DNA of 64,000 bases from Octopus sinensis (Eukaryota), in NCBI RefSeq assembly GCF_006345805.1, contig NC_043001.1, positions 90,582,001-90,646,000 of the forward strand. The letters run 5' to 3'. Within the stretch, counting starts at the first letter, position 1, and every line of letters begins with the position of its first letter. The notes beneath the pieces were generated by a model. That model made no database searches. It had not been told where the DNA came from and was given only the letters and a program-made list of their open reading frames with translations. Shown here piece after piece: positions 11,580-24,841 of this stretch. The position numbers were made by a program, and so were the translations under genes.

Positions 11580-14020
11580 TTTGTATGGACAGTCCGGCTT
11601 CGTTAGAATTGTCCTCGAAACTTTGGTCAGCTCAATAAACTCGGAATACAGATCTGTCTCTTGTTCAATACACTTCTCCTTGACTTGACCCACGGCAAAC
11701 ACCATGTCTATAGTGCCGCAGCCAGGACTGAAACCACATTGGGCTTCAGGAAAGTTACTCTCTGAGACGCTGATGTTCAGTCTGTTGAAGAGGGTACGGA
11801 CAGGATTTCTCCAGCAATGGAGTACAAGGAAATGCCCTTGTAGTTTATGAAGTCTGATTTGACTCCTTTGCTCTTGTAAAGAGTAATTACAGTAGCGTCG
11901 GGGAAGTCTGCTGGCATACTCTCTTTCCGCTCAAATGGATACAAGGATGTCATGGAATGCATTGAAAGCCGTGGTACCAAGCGCCTTGTACAGTTCTGCA
12001 GGAATTTCATTTGTTCCCGGAACTTTTAGCCCTAGTTGATTTCTTTTATGGTAGTTTTGACCTCATCTACACTAGGCAGCAGGTCAAAGTCCTGAGTAAA
12101 GGCTTCTGAGACATTTGCTCCAATCCTTCTTAGGCGACATTGGGTAGCCGGTTTAGGAGTTTGTTGAAGTGCTTCTCCTGTCTTACTCTGACTTCTCCTT
12201 AATCTTTGAGCCATCAGCAAACGTCAAGGGTACTGTTCTACTTCTGAAAGGGCCGTAGATGGTCTTGATGGCACTGTACAGCATCTTGGATTTGTTAGTG
12301 TCGGCGTAGAGCTTCACTTCTTCAGCTTTCTATTCCCATCATCTGTCATGCATGCTGCGAAGCTCCCTCTGGGCTCTGATTTAACAGTGTCTATATCTGT
12401 CGCGCTGTGAGGAACAGTTTGGGTGGTTCTGCCAATCAGTGTAGGCCTTTCTCTTATCATCCAACAGTGCCCGCACTGCCTTATCGTTGCCATCAAACCA
12501 GTCTCTGTGACGACTTCTCTGAACTGGTTTTATTTTTCTTCTGGTCCACCAGTTGGTAATCCTATCGTCTCGAACTTGTCATCAAGGTTGGACTGGAACT
12601 CCTACTAGTATTTGGCTGAAAGGGGTCTGGCTATGTTGAAGGCCTGTCTAATGAGCTTTAGGCGCTTGTGGTGCTGAGGAATTATGCGGTGGTTAACTTG
12701 GCTTTTATGAGTCTGTGATCCGTCCAGTATTCCACTCCACGCACCGACCTGGTGACGTGGACATCACTCTGCTGTCACATTGGCGGGTGATAATATAACC
12801 AATGAGATGTCACTGTTTTGAACGCGATTGCATCCATGATATCTTATACTTATCAGCCTGTCACAAGATGGTATTAATAACCAGCAGATTGCTGCCCGGC
12901 GCATTTTCTCAGCAAAAGAAGACTATTGCTATTCAACTCCCCAACTCCATGCTTCCCTATAACTCCTCTCCGCCATTCCTGCCAACTCTGGTGTTGAAGT
13001 CGCCTAGTATTATAAGCTTGACGGTAGCAGGCGTGTCACGTAGCAAGTGTTCATGTCGATATAGAACTGCTCTCTGATCTCTTCTGTGCATGTCATTCTA
13101 GGGGCGTACGCGCTCATGATGGTGATGAAGCATTTGTCGTCGACAGGGAGGCAAAGTTTCATAAACCTTTCATTTCCACCAGTGGGGAGGCTGGGACTCT
13201 ATTTTAGGTGACTGGACTTTATGATGAATCTGTGTATTCTACTTTCATGTATGGCCTTGCCTTTCCAGAAGAAAGCGTCGCCGCTGCCTGATTCTATCAG
13301 CGACCCTTCCTCAACCAATTAACTGATTGTTGCTATGTCGATAGTATATCTTGACAATTCTTTGGCAATGAGAGCTATTCTTCTCAGAGGTCTGGAGACG
13401 TTGTCTTGATCCCTGAGGGTACTATGTTCCACGTACCAAAGTTCTTGTTTGTCAGTCTGAATCGACTGCAAAATGGTAAGTCTGTCAGTCGCGGTTTAGG
13501 GCAAGCTTTCTTTAGGCCACGTTTTCTAGACTGCTTCCTTACGAGGGTGAGCAGTGCTGTCCCAAAAAGGCTGCTCAATTACCTGGGATGCTGCTGAAAT
13601 TCTCCAATACAAAGTAAGTCCAATACAAAGAAAAGCGACCGCTGATCTGCAGGCTACGTGCAGACTTGTGACTAGTACTTCTAGTGGTTACTACTACCTG
13701 TCCCTCTCGCCACTCCCCTGTCACTGCAGAACTTGAAGTTAACAGTTCTGGAAGGCTGAGAAGCACAGGCACCCTTGCGTGTAGTCGTTTTAAGTGGGAT
13801 AGCCGTTGTACAAGGACACTCGCACTCTCTCGGCAGAAAGAACCTTGACCTAGTGGAACGAAAAACCGTTACGGCTAGAGACCCTTCTTGCTGCTGTAGA
13901 TGACCAGGACTCCATAGTATCTCGTCGTGCTCTAGGCGTTCCACAACGTCTGATGGTACTGCTTTTCTAACCGCTGGACCACACTGGCGCTCTCTTCATC
14001 CCAGTACGGCAGAACCGGTC
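11580..14020 (-). mobile_element. RTE-clade LINE, decayed, 3' truncated
   Basis: Fragments FGTWNI (APE start), LGDFNTRVG, FPDATVITLYKSKGVKSDFINYKGISL, AQCGFSP (RT); many stops/frameshifts. Confidence 0.85.
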
Positions 14021-14036
14021 TCACTAAAGATTTGAA

Positions 14037-14207
14037 ACATACATACTCGCATACGTACATGCGTACGTACGTACGTACATACATACATACATACATATAT
14101 ACATACATACATACATACATACATACATACATACACATACATACATATATATACATACATACATGCATGCGTGCATGCATACATACATACATACATACAT
14201 ACATACA

Positions 14208-14241
<34 letters not shown>

Positions 14242-14306
14242 CATACATGCATGCATATATACATACATACATACATACATACATACATACATACATACAT
14301 ACATAC
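14037..14306. repeat. (ACAT)n microsatellite
   Basis: Direct reading; source of spurious MYVC/HTYI ORFs. Confidence 0.97.
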
Positions 14307-14435
14307 AACGGGCTTCTTTCAGACTCCATCTACCAAATCCACTCATGAGGCTTTGGTCGGCCCGCAGCTATAGTAGAAGATATTTACCCAAGATACGACG
14401 CTATGAGACTGAACCCGCAACCATGTGGTTGAGAT
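14307..14435 (-). mobile_element. SINE family 2 fragment
   Basis: Reverse complement of TCTTCTACTATAGC...CCGACCAAAGCC...GGATTTGGTAGA. Confidence 0.85.
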
Positions 14436-14688
14436 AACGTCAAAAACAAACAAACGTCCATATATCCTTTATTAAACTGTTTTGAAAAAAAGATTTTTTT
14501 TTGAAATCTCTAAAAAGATAATAATGCTAAAATGGATTTAAACCGGCGTTTCTCAAAGCAGAGTGAAACAATATTTTGGTTGAACGCAGGTTACTTTAGA
14601 ATAAAGATATAATAAGTGAATAAACTTGCAATAAAGTTTTAAATGAAATTTTACTGGCAAATATGTAGGTATGTATGTATATATGTAT

Positions 14689-14726
14689 AGGCGCAGCGTG
14701 ATTCTGTGCTAAGAAGCTTGCTTCCC
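14689..14726 (+). mobile_element. SINE family 2, 5' piece of copy interrupted by two LINE insertions
   Basis: AGGCGCAGCGTG...TAAGAAGCTTGCTTCCC aligns with head of intact copy at 2526-2563. Confidence 0.8.
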
Positions 14727-16711
14727 CACTGCGCATGTCAGTGCTTTTCTTCACAATGAGAGAAGTCGTGACGCTGGTTTGAAGCGTGGTAAATTATTGA
14801 GTCAAGTGAAGCTCAACTACAAGGTAAGACGTTTGTTCTTTGGGGGTTCAGTAGGGGTTTGTTGTTTGTTGTTCATCTTTTTTCAAGCAAGAAACCTCCA
14901 CTGAATTCCGGGCATTTGTCTGCCTGTAGTTGAGTGTAGTGTTTCACTTAACGGTGAAAAGTGAGTTGTTTTGGGGGCGTATCCAGCCTCCAAAAATTGT
15001 GAACTTCGTTATTTTTGTGTTCCTGTTGCTGTGTTCCTACTGTTACTGGTTGGCCTGGAGTATTGGTTGCCGGAAAACTGTGTACGTTATTTTGGGGGCG
15101 TATCCCGCCTCCAAAGGATTGAATTCTGGAATTCTGTTCCTCTAGTCACCAGTTGGCCTGGAGTACCTAGTGGCCAGAAAATTTGTGTCTGCTGTGTGCG
15201 GAACTGTTTCTCTGGAACTGTTTTCTTCCTTCTTCTTTCTTTCTTTTTTTTTTATCTTTGAACTATTTTCTAAAGAACATGGCTAGAGAAAAAAAAGGAC
15301 ACTGTCTTGGAATGGGAGATTGTCCTACACAAGGAGTGGATAAAATACTTGGAGAAGAGGACGGTGGTGTTGAGGACGTATTCAAAGTCGCTCGACACCA
15401 TCACAGTCTTCCCAAAAATTGAGATAGAAAAAGAGTGCCAAGTATGCAACGCTATGGTTGCTATTTGACATCCCTGAGGAGGCTCGAAGATTCGCGAGCC
15501 AGCCCTTGGAGGGAAAAGAAATACTGTTGTGAGAAAAAGTTGACCTGAGCTTGGGTCTGCGGGTTGCCAACCGGAATGGAACCCGAGTGGATAGAAGACA
15601 CTATCCGCGGGGTCTGGGTGGCAGCGGATCCAAGCAGCTAAACGTCAAAATGATGCCGGCAGCTGATTGGGTTGGGTCAAAAGCTATTTTGACACTGTAG
15701 ACCAATCAGCTAAAAATTTGGTTTTTCCGGATTTTTTGACAATGGCTGGGAAGGACTATCCGATGATACTTGTGGAACGCACCCCAAGTGTCACCTGTGC
15801 CTGGAACCACGCCACATTAAAAAGAACTGTCCCCAGGACCAGAGTAAGGTCCTGGAACAGTTGGTTGAGAAAGAATCTACCCCTCCCCATTTGGAGGAAG
15901 AGATGGAGACGGTCGAGAAGGTGGAAACCTCCTCAAAATGGGGACGTAAAAGGAAGAAGGTGGACAACAATGGTTGCCCACCGAGGGATCCTAAGACTAC
16001 GGGAGGGAGGGAAAATCTTCCGGACAAAACGGAAGAACTCCACCCTCCCGTGGAAAATGGGAAATTGCCGGTGGTTATTAATACACTGCCGGCATGTCCC
16101 GAAACCTCGTCGGTGGGAATTGTGCCACCAACGGAGGATGCTATGGCTTCTACCAGTATAGTGGAGGAGGAATTTGTAGCCCTTTTCCACAAACGAGGGG
16201 CACTTGAAAACTTTGTTAAAAAGTTACCTAAAGGCAGGAGGGAAGGTGTTATAGCCTGTGCTGAGAGCCCTGAGTGGCCCCCGCAGATAGCTGCAGAGTC
16301 ATATGGGAGACAGACCTATGCAGGGTGATGAACTCCTTCCCCGAGGACACATTTCGGTTCGCGCTAAAGTGCTATGACTTAGTGCCATCAAGGTGCTTGA
16401 ATTAGGTATTAAGCTTAGTCGGGCGCTGGCGGGGCGGAAATAGAGAAAAAAGCAAGAGGCTCTAGCGCCTTGTGATATGAATATGTATAGAAAAAAAGGA
16501 AGAGGCTTAGTGCCTCATTTGTAAGGAACTTGATTCCAGTTGGAACTGTGTAAAAAAAAACAATGTTTTCGGGAAGCAGCGATCGACGGGCGTCGCCTGC
16601 CTTCCATCATCAATATCGTTTATTTTACTTATCATACATATCATTTGTGTTTTGTCCACCCCGCAACTGCTTCTATCTATGTAAAGCCTTTATGGCTAAT
16701 CTAATGAAATA
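14727..16711 (+). mobile_element. Non-autonomous Tx1-like element (5' UTR, decayed ORF1, 3' tail)
   Basis: CCHC knuckle CHLCLEPRHIKKNC at ~15790-15831; no RT; 3' end CCTTTATGGCTAATCTAATGAAATA shared with neighbouring LINE. Confidence 0.75.
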
Positions 16712-16726
16712 AAGAAGCTTGTTTCC

Positions 16727-19700
16727 GGTCGTTGGCTGAGGTCAGTGTTGTTTTTGCTCCGAAAGGGATTTTATCGTTTGATATTGGATTTGTTACTGTT
16801 GGACTTGTTATTGTATTTTTGGATTGATATTATTGTTGAACCGTGCTGTTGCCCGGTATACCGGGTGATAAAAATTGTTATTTCTTTTTGTAGTCATTGT
16901 GGCAATCTTTAGACAAAATATTGCGAAAACATCGGACTTGTTAAAGTCGTTTTATACTTTTAAACCCCATGAAAAATTTTCGGTGATTACTGCTGTGACA
17001 ACCGAAAATATTGATATTCCTGTAGAGACGCTACAGTAATATTTCAAGAGAATGAGAGAGGGGGATGGGGATATAAAAATATTACCCTCCCCCAAGACGG
17101 TTAAAGCAATAATATTTAAATCGATCTATCCGAAAGACAGATGATTTTACCATTTCAAAAAGCAGAAAATTGAGAAATGTCTTGCCCTGATTTGGAAGGA
17201 CGTAATGTATATTGCGAGGAGCAAAACATATGGCACTATTGAGGTGCGTTTCGCGTCTGAAGAAAAGCCAGGGTACTTGTGGGTGAGACTATTGTATTGA
17301 GAATCTCTGTCGGAGGGAAAAACCCACCTGCTTCGAATGTGGCAAAAAGGGCCACATTCGGGCTGATTGTGAATTAAAATAAAGGAAAAAACGCTGACAC
17401 CAGGCCCTTCAAGCAAAAAGTCCCCCCACTCCTACACATGCACCAACCCCCACAAAGACAAAAACTCCCACACCCCGGTGCAAATACCTAAATAGGACAT
17501 TGGAAATAAAAAATCTCAACCCCTACACACACACATGCCCCTACAGAAATAAAATTACCCACTCCCCTGAAACCTGAGACACTTGAAAACAGAAACGCAA
17601 CTACTCCCCCCCCCGACGATACCATGGAGGTATTAGAGTGGGAGTTTACTGTGGTACGCAAGCGTACGTTGACACCCTCCTCATCCACATCCCCTACATA
17701 GAAAACAGACACGACACCTCAGAAATTTAAAAAAGACCGCGCCCAAATGTCACCGCATACTCATGGAATTTGACACTAGGCACGATTATACTCGTGATAT
17801 CCTAGTGCCATATCACAACACCAAACTATATCCTGTACATAAGGATTTGAAAAAACAATGTGCCTGGATAGGGGAAACCCTATACAGGCAACTGAAGTAT
17901 AGAAATCCAACAGCCATCTGGAGGATTGTGAACCTGCCAGGCTAGCTGAAGAAGGAGGAGAAGGAAGGGGCCACTTCACGTGTGATGAAATCGGCTCCAA
18001 CCTCTCTAGTAACTGGTAAGTAGGACCTATGCTTTTTATATAATGGCCTTACTTAACCTTGGTTGTTTGAATGTGCGTGGTCTGAGTTCGAAGTGGAAGC
18101 AGACTTGTTTCCTCGACGACCTCAGATCATACAATATACATGTGATGGTTGCTACAGATACCAAGTTGGACAGTCTACAAACCTTCTCGCCTCTCTTGAA
18201 TGGCTATGAGAAAATCATGTCTCCTAGCCAGACCGGAGGACGATGGTGTGTAGTGGTACTGATCCGTAAAGACTTGGCTCAGAAAGGACCCGAGCTAGGG
18301 GGACGAGATAAGTAATTTTAGTCACCATAACTCTGCTAAATGCAGAGTTAAAGATTTTGGCCAAGGTGCTAGCGAAAAGGTTGGCGCGGGTGGTGGACAG
18401 ACTTGGGGGGGAGTAAACTTGCGCCATCCCGGGCAGGTCGAACCACGACAATTTCTGGCGTGGTGGAGCACTGGTACATTTAGACCAGTCTAAAGCATTC
18501 GATAGGGTCGACCAGCGGTACTTGGCAGCGGTCCTCCAGAAGGCTGGCTTGGGCCCGACCTTCCACGGTTGGATTGTTGTTTTGTACAGCGACATCGAGT
18601 CTGTCGTAAAAGTGAATGGTTTCTTCTCAAAACCATTCAGGATCGAACGCTCAGTGTGTCAGGGGTGTTCCCTGTCTCCGCTTCTGAATTTGTTGGCTCT
18701 TGAGTCATTGCTGGTGAAGTTGGAGGTACTAGGGGGCGCGCCGAATGATCTGTGGTGTGGAAGTGGAGCAACGGCGTATGCAGATGACATCTCCATCATC
18801 GTGGCGGATGAGGGCCAGCTTCCAGTGGTGGGAGAGGTCATCAAAAGTTACGAGGCGGAGGCAGGAGCAAAGGTTAAGAAGGGCAAGTTAGTCGGTTTGC
18901 AACTCGGCACCTGGAGGGACAAGCCGATGACGTCCAATAACATCGTCGGGCGTTGGACGGAAGGTCCTGTTAAGCTGCTCGGGTCTGGTTTGGTTCAGAC
19001 CACCAGATAGAGAAAAATTGGAGTGAGGTAACCAGCAGAGTAACTACTCTAACCCAGACTTGGTCTGGGCGGGTGTTATCTTTGCTAGAGGAGGCGGAGG
19101 TGGTGCAGATGTTTATAGCATCAGTTATTACCTACCGTCTGACCGTGATGCCATTCCCCGATTTGTGGCTGAACAAGTTGGAGAGAATCTTTTTCCGCTT
19201 TTTGTGGAGGGGAGGAAATCCGCTTGTGAAGCGCTGTCTACTGCCAGAAACTGCTAAAGGGTGGGTTAGGGATTCCTTGGCTGAAGATGCAAAAACTCGC
19301 GTTAAGGTTGAGGCACCTCTAGCTTTACCTGGATGGGGATCAGGTGTGATCACTGCACGTCCAGTTCTACCTTCCGCATATAACGTCCTTAACGGACATT
19401 GGAGCATGGATCAAGCAGAGACCTAGACTGGCACTTCAGCTACTATTTCGGGAGAACAATACCGTCAGAAGGAGTACCACCGTGGATTTTTATAGCGAGT
19501 TAGTGGGTTTTATGTCCGAAGACGCCTTGGTGGAGACCCTGGGCTACGATGAAAATCAGTTGATCAACCTATTCAGCAGAACGTTCGGGCCGGGGTATCT
19601 GGATAATTACCAGAAATCCCTGGCTTGGCAGTGCTTCCGTGCGGCGTTACCTGTTCGATACAAACAGTCAAGGCGCGGAAGTGCTGTCTCGCCGACATGT

Positions 19701-20290
19701 CTTGCACGCATATTAAAGGGACTGATAGTTTTCGCAGAACAACTGTTCTCATCTATGGAAAGAGTACAGCTTTCGGCTGTGCCACCTCCCTCCCTTAACA
19801 GGGAAAGGAAGACTTGTTTTGTTTTTTTCTGAGTAGTAGCCATACTGAAAGAAACAGTATGGAAGACGCGTGTAAGAAAGATAGTGACAGGTACCTTTGT
19901 CTCTGGAAGGAGTTGGTAAACCCTTTTTGTTACCACCTCATAAGTAAGATCAGGCTGGAGTAGTGGTGCTTGTCGCTGAGAGCATTTGTAAAAAGATGGA
20001 AGCTTGTAGCAAGCAAGTTGAGAGTGACCGGCACCAGGTACGTGGGATCAGTGGTAGAAAGCAAAGGTTCTACCCAGATGGCTGGACTCCTTTCCTTCCG
20101 AGGCAAATTGTTGCTTTTTGCAATAATATTTATGCAAATAAATTTTTAAATTACATCTGTAATCACATCATTCATACGAACATTAATTTTTAACTAAAAG
20201 CAGCTTCTTCACCCTTTTGTACTTGTCTGTGCTTGTCTGTCCTTGTTTGTCCCATCTGTGTACTACCTTTATGGCGAATTTCATGAAATA
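16727..20290 (+). mobile_element. Tx1-like (L1 superfamily) LINE, internally deleted and decayed
   Basis: ORF1 knuckle CFECGKKGHIRADC (~17328-17371); ORF2 from 18043 CLNVRGL (APE), ITLLNAELKILAK, LDQSKAFDRVD, QGCSLSPLL, AYADD; 3' CCTTTATGGCGAATTTCATGAAATA. Confidence 0.88.
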
Positions 20291-20431
20291 AAGAAGCTTG
20301 TTTCTTAGCTACCTGGTTCTGGGTTCAATTCCATTGAGTAGCACCTTAGAGAAGTGTCTTCAACCATAGCTCCGGGCCGACCAAAGCCTTGTGAGCGGAT
20401 TTGGTAGACGGAAACTGAAAAGAAGCCCGTC

Positions 20432-20502
<71 letters not shown>

Positions 20503-20760
20503 TATATATATACTTATACGGGTGTGTGTGTAAGTTTATTTATATGTCTCTGTATCTGTGTTTGTCCCCCCACCCACCATCGCTTGACAACCGGTGTTGG
20601 TGTGTTTACGTCCCCGCAACAAGCGGTTCGGCAAAAGAAACCGATAGAATAAGTACCGGGCTTACATAGAATAAGTTTTGTAGTCGATTTCCCCGACTAA
20701 AAGGCAGTGCTCCACCATGGCCGCAGTCAAATGGCTGAAACAAGTAAAACAATAAAAGAA
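20291..20760 (+). mobile_element. SINE family 2, 3' piece resuming after the LINE insertions, with internal (TA)n
   Basis: AAGAAGCTTGTTTC...TGGTTCTGGGTTCAA...CCGACCAAAGCCTTGTGAG...colinear with copy at 2526. Confidence 0.9.
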
Positions 20761-20949
20761 TATTACACACACATATACACACACACACAATGTTTCTTCC
20801 ATTTCTCTTAAAATGTTTCTTCTATTTTTACGTGTTAGAATACCGATGCTTTCTTCTCTTTCGTCTTCGACTAACGATCTAAACCTCCGCTTACTTATTA
20901 TAAAACTGGGTACAAAACCTTATCTCTTTCCTTTAATTTGCTGTGATAC

Positions 20950-21453
20950 TTACTTCAAATTTTTGCACAAGGCCAACAATTTCGGGGAAGAGAGTTTAGT
21001 AGTTTACATCGACCCCAGTGTTTAACTGGTACTTGTTGTTGTTGTTGTCTGTTCCTTCTCGATCCACGCCTGGCTCATAAGGGCCAGTTTCTCGGTTTCC
21101 TTGGCGTATAGGTTCCCCACCTGGACGGGACACCGGTCCGTCGCAGGTGAGTTGCAAGATGCAGGAGGAAAGAGTGGGAGAAAGTTGTGTCCGAAGAGTC
21201 AGCAGAAGTTCGCCATTACCTTCTGCTGGAGCCGCGTGGAGCTTAAATGTTTCGCTCATAAACACACACATCGCCCGGTCTGAGATTCGAACCCGCGATC
21301 CCTCGACCGCGAGTCCGCTACTCTAACAACTAGGCTATGTGCCTCCACTAACTGGTACTTATTTTAGCGAAATTTTAGTTCAGAATGTAAGTGTGGACGA
21401 AATGCCACAAAGCATTTTTCCCGGCGTGCTAACGATTCTGCCAGCTTATCGAC
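20950..21453 (-). mobile_element. SINE family 1 (tail C) interrupted by a family 3 SINE
   Basis: TSD TTAATTTGCTGT on both sides; halves colinear once 21035-21348 is removed. Confidence 0.8.
21035..21348 (-). mobile_element. tRNA-derived SINE, family 3 (GTGGAGGC head), (AAC)n tail
   Basis: A/B boxes (TAGCCTAGTTG, GGTTCGAATC); 12-bp TSD TAACTGGTACTT at 21023-21034 and 21349-21360. Confidence 0.9.
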
Positions 21454-22032
21454 TTAATTTGCTGTAGTATTTGCAATGAAATTGAGATTAAATTTATCAA
21501 AAAGTATCATATAATTACTCATCCGTATAATTTTCTGACTTTGCTCAGGTCGATACACAATTGTGATACCAAAATACTATGAAAGCATTTTTAAAACCAA
21601 ATATACGCACTTGAAATAAATTGTAATACTGGTGTGTATAACACCAGTATTTCAATTTATAGTTTTGAACAAATTTATAGCTTTGAACGAAGCTAGCTAA
21701 AATATTTGTCTCAGAGAAAATATATCACAGAGAACCGTGTGTTAAGGCTTCTGATCAGAATTTCAGTGACTCACTAGATACGATGTGTTGGACTTGATAT
21801 GATCTCCAGAATTACGCATACCCTGATTTCAAGAACGTATATTAATTAATCCTACCTAGCTTTCGCACAAACCAGTAACTGTTTTGTTTACTGATTTTCA
21901 TATTGGAACAAGCATTTTTGGCTTAGCTCAAAACGTTCAGAGTATTCTTCGCTAAGGAAACAAAGTCTTGTCGACGTCCCGCGTCTTGATTTACAAATAC
22001 ATACACTGGTATTTTTTTAAAATCTCAACTTT

Positions 22033-22610
22033 TCTACTCTTGGCACAACGCCCGAAATTTTGGGGGAGGGGACCAGTCGATTACATCGACCCCAGTACGT
22101 AACTGGTACTTAATTTATCGACCCCAAAAGGATGAAAGGCAAAGTCGACCTCGGCGGAATTTGAACTCACAACGTAACGGCATACGAAATACCTATTTCT
22201 TTACTGCCCACAAGGGGCTACACACAGAGTGGACAAACAAGGACAGACAAGCGGATTAAGTCGATTATATCGACCCCAGTGCGTAACTGGTACTTAATTT
22301 ATCGACCCTGAAAGGATGAAAGGCAAAGTCGACCTCGGCGGAATTTGAACTCAGAACGTAGCGACAGACGAAATACCTATTTCTTTACTACCCACAAGTG
22401 GCTAAACACAGAGAGGACAAACAAGGACAGACAAACGGATTAAGTCGATTATATCGACCCCAGTGCGTAACTGGTACTTATTTAATCGACCCTGAAAGGA
22501 TGAAAGGCTAAGTTGACCTCGGCGTAATTTGAACTCAGAACATAACGGCAGACGAAATACGGCTACGCATTTCGCCCGGCATGCTAACGTTTCTGCCAGC
22601 TCGCCGCCTT
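22033..22610 (-). mobile_element. SINE family 1 trimer (one head, three bodies, 184-bp period)
   Basis: Body repeats at ~22075, 22259, 22443; single TSD AAATCTCAACTTT at 22020-22032 and 22614-22626. Confidence 0.9.
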
Positions 22611-23281
22611 TTTAAATCTCAACTTTAACATCTTAAAAGAATCATGAAAACCAAAATGAACAGCAATAATTAAACAACCATAATCTTCCTTTATATTTAT
22701 AAAACAGTTCAGTGATTCAAAGGTTTATTTGATAGGAAAAAGGGAAAAGAAAAATCTAAATCGTTACTTTTTTAACAAAATCACTGATAAAAGGAATAGG
22801 TATTTATTTACTTTATTAAAATAGTAAGGAAAATTCGTTATAGGCTCTAAAATGTTGAAATATAAATGAAAAGTTCTTACACATATTGATCAGAAAGAAG
22901 GTTATGTCTATAAAAACTGAGGTTTAAATAAGTCTTCGTATCATAGGTACAAGGTCTTTAAATTCTCTGACCTAAATCAGCGCTGCACTAAATTAAAAAT
23001 CTGTTTTCAAAAGGGAGATAGGGAAATTGTAAATATTTTGCAATTCCAAAAGTATGCGAAAAATCAATTGAAGAAATCTGTAAATAAATACGAGAAAGAT
23101 GTGTTCGAATTATTTTAAAAAAGCATTTTCATTTTATATTAGAATAATTATTCCAAAAGCATATCTGAGATTCAGAGGTTAAGTCCAAAGTTTAATGACG
23201 AGCGTTCGTAATACTAACAACTCAGTAATAATACTTTTTAATAGTATTACTTTTATTAATAGTATTATTACATTATAAATC

Positions 23282-23455
23282 AGGGTGGTATATTGATGGA
23301 ATCGATTGAGCGTCGAACAAAATGCTTTATGGATTTATCCCGGTTCTTTAAGTTTTGAGCTGAAACGTTGCTGAGGATAACTTTGCCTTTCCTCCATTCA
23401 AGATTGATATAATAAGTACCAGTCAAGTACAGAAACGATGGGATTGACTAAACAC
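23282..23455 (+). mobile_element. Old SINE family 1-like copy
   Basis: GAATCG...AAAATGC...AACTTTGCCTTTC...TAAGTACCAG. Confidence 0.6.
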
Positions 23456-24841
23456 CTGTTCTCAAGAACAGCTAATTTTCAACCGAGTCTCACTGACTCT
23501 ATATGCGTATTCTATATACATAACGTACAACAGAGCCATATCGAAATCCTTAGAACCGTATTCTTTGAAGCACTTTAATTCACTTGAACATTACTGCTCT
23601 GCATGTGTATTCTAGTTAAAGTCCAGCGAAAAACGGTTTATCATATGTTTCAATACCTCAGTGTTTTTATATCAAATGTTAAATGTCTCCTAGCGTAAAC
23701 ATGCAAATATTTCATCTACTACAAACAATATAACCCACTGAAACTAAGTTAAGTTTCATATCTTGCACTTGCTATTCCATCTATACCGAGTTAGATTTCA
23801 CTTTCCCAATGTTACTTAAGCAGTCAAAAGTAATAATGTCTTATAAAGTTAACATTCCACATATCGCATGCCTTATTTGTATAATTTTTTTTCTGTCAAT
23901 GCTCTCAACTACTTAACATAAATAAAGACTATGCTAATATCTCTGCGGGATTCAGAGATTGTTACTCGGTCAGTATTTTTAAACGCTCTATATCATTTTT
24001 AATCCATCAATTAAAACACAGAATAGTTGGAGGATAACTTACTTCTGCTTATTTAATGTATAAATGTATTTTTAAAAACCCACTTGTAATTCTGAGTTTC
24101 TTCCTTAATATTATTATCATCAAATAATTCTTGACATAAAATGCTTATATTTTAAGCGAATTGAAAGTATGACGCTCAAGGTTTCCCAAAGCCATAAGCG
24201 TAGTAAAGGAAGAGTATTAGGGGTAACCAGAAATTAAATGCCGTGGTCTCAACTAATTTCTGAACAGAGTTACCCGTGCGCTAGCTCAGAAGTCCTTAAT
24301 TAGTATTTTGATACTAGTATTCCGCTATAATATGTCACCAACGAAGCATCATAACTCTCAAACGGCCAAACTGCTTCGCTAAAATCAATTTGTTCGAGAG
24401 GTACAATTAAATATGGGGTGTACTAAACACAGAAAATAAGTGCGAAGTTTTGCTAGATTTTAATGCTTCTTTCAAATCTTGTCGACAAAAGTATTTTTTG
24501 CGAAGAGTAATAGCAATTGGTTTCAAGCAGGAATCGAAACCAATATAGTGTGTTCCGCATTTTCAAAACTTATATTTCTCACCACGACAGGAAAATTGAT
24601 TATAAATCACAACCGTAACATTGAATCAAATTTACAAATATATAATTTTAAAAGCAGAACTGAAATTCAGTATTCAATGTGAAATTCTAGAAGATAGCAA
24701 TCTATCCTCTTTGAGAAAGATTTTCTGAAATTTGATTTTCAGATTAGTGTGATATGTCAAAATTATGATTTGTCAGCGTCTGAAAGAGTTAAACGTGTCC
24801 TGCACATATTGTTATTGCCAACAAAGCATTACTGAAATTGC

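Noticed and set aside
13932-14437. Overlapping 60-120 aa ORFs (MYVC/HTYI repeats)
   Set aside because: Translations of the (ACAT)n microsatellite
21270-21348. tRNA-like sequences in SINE heads (also 48466, 48712, 51790-51860)
   Set aside because: Attached to SINE bodies and TSDs; no complete cloverleaf, so not tRNA genes
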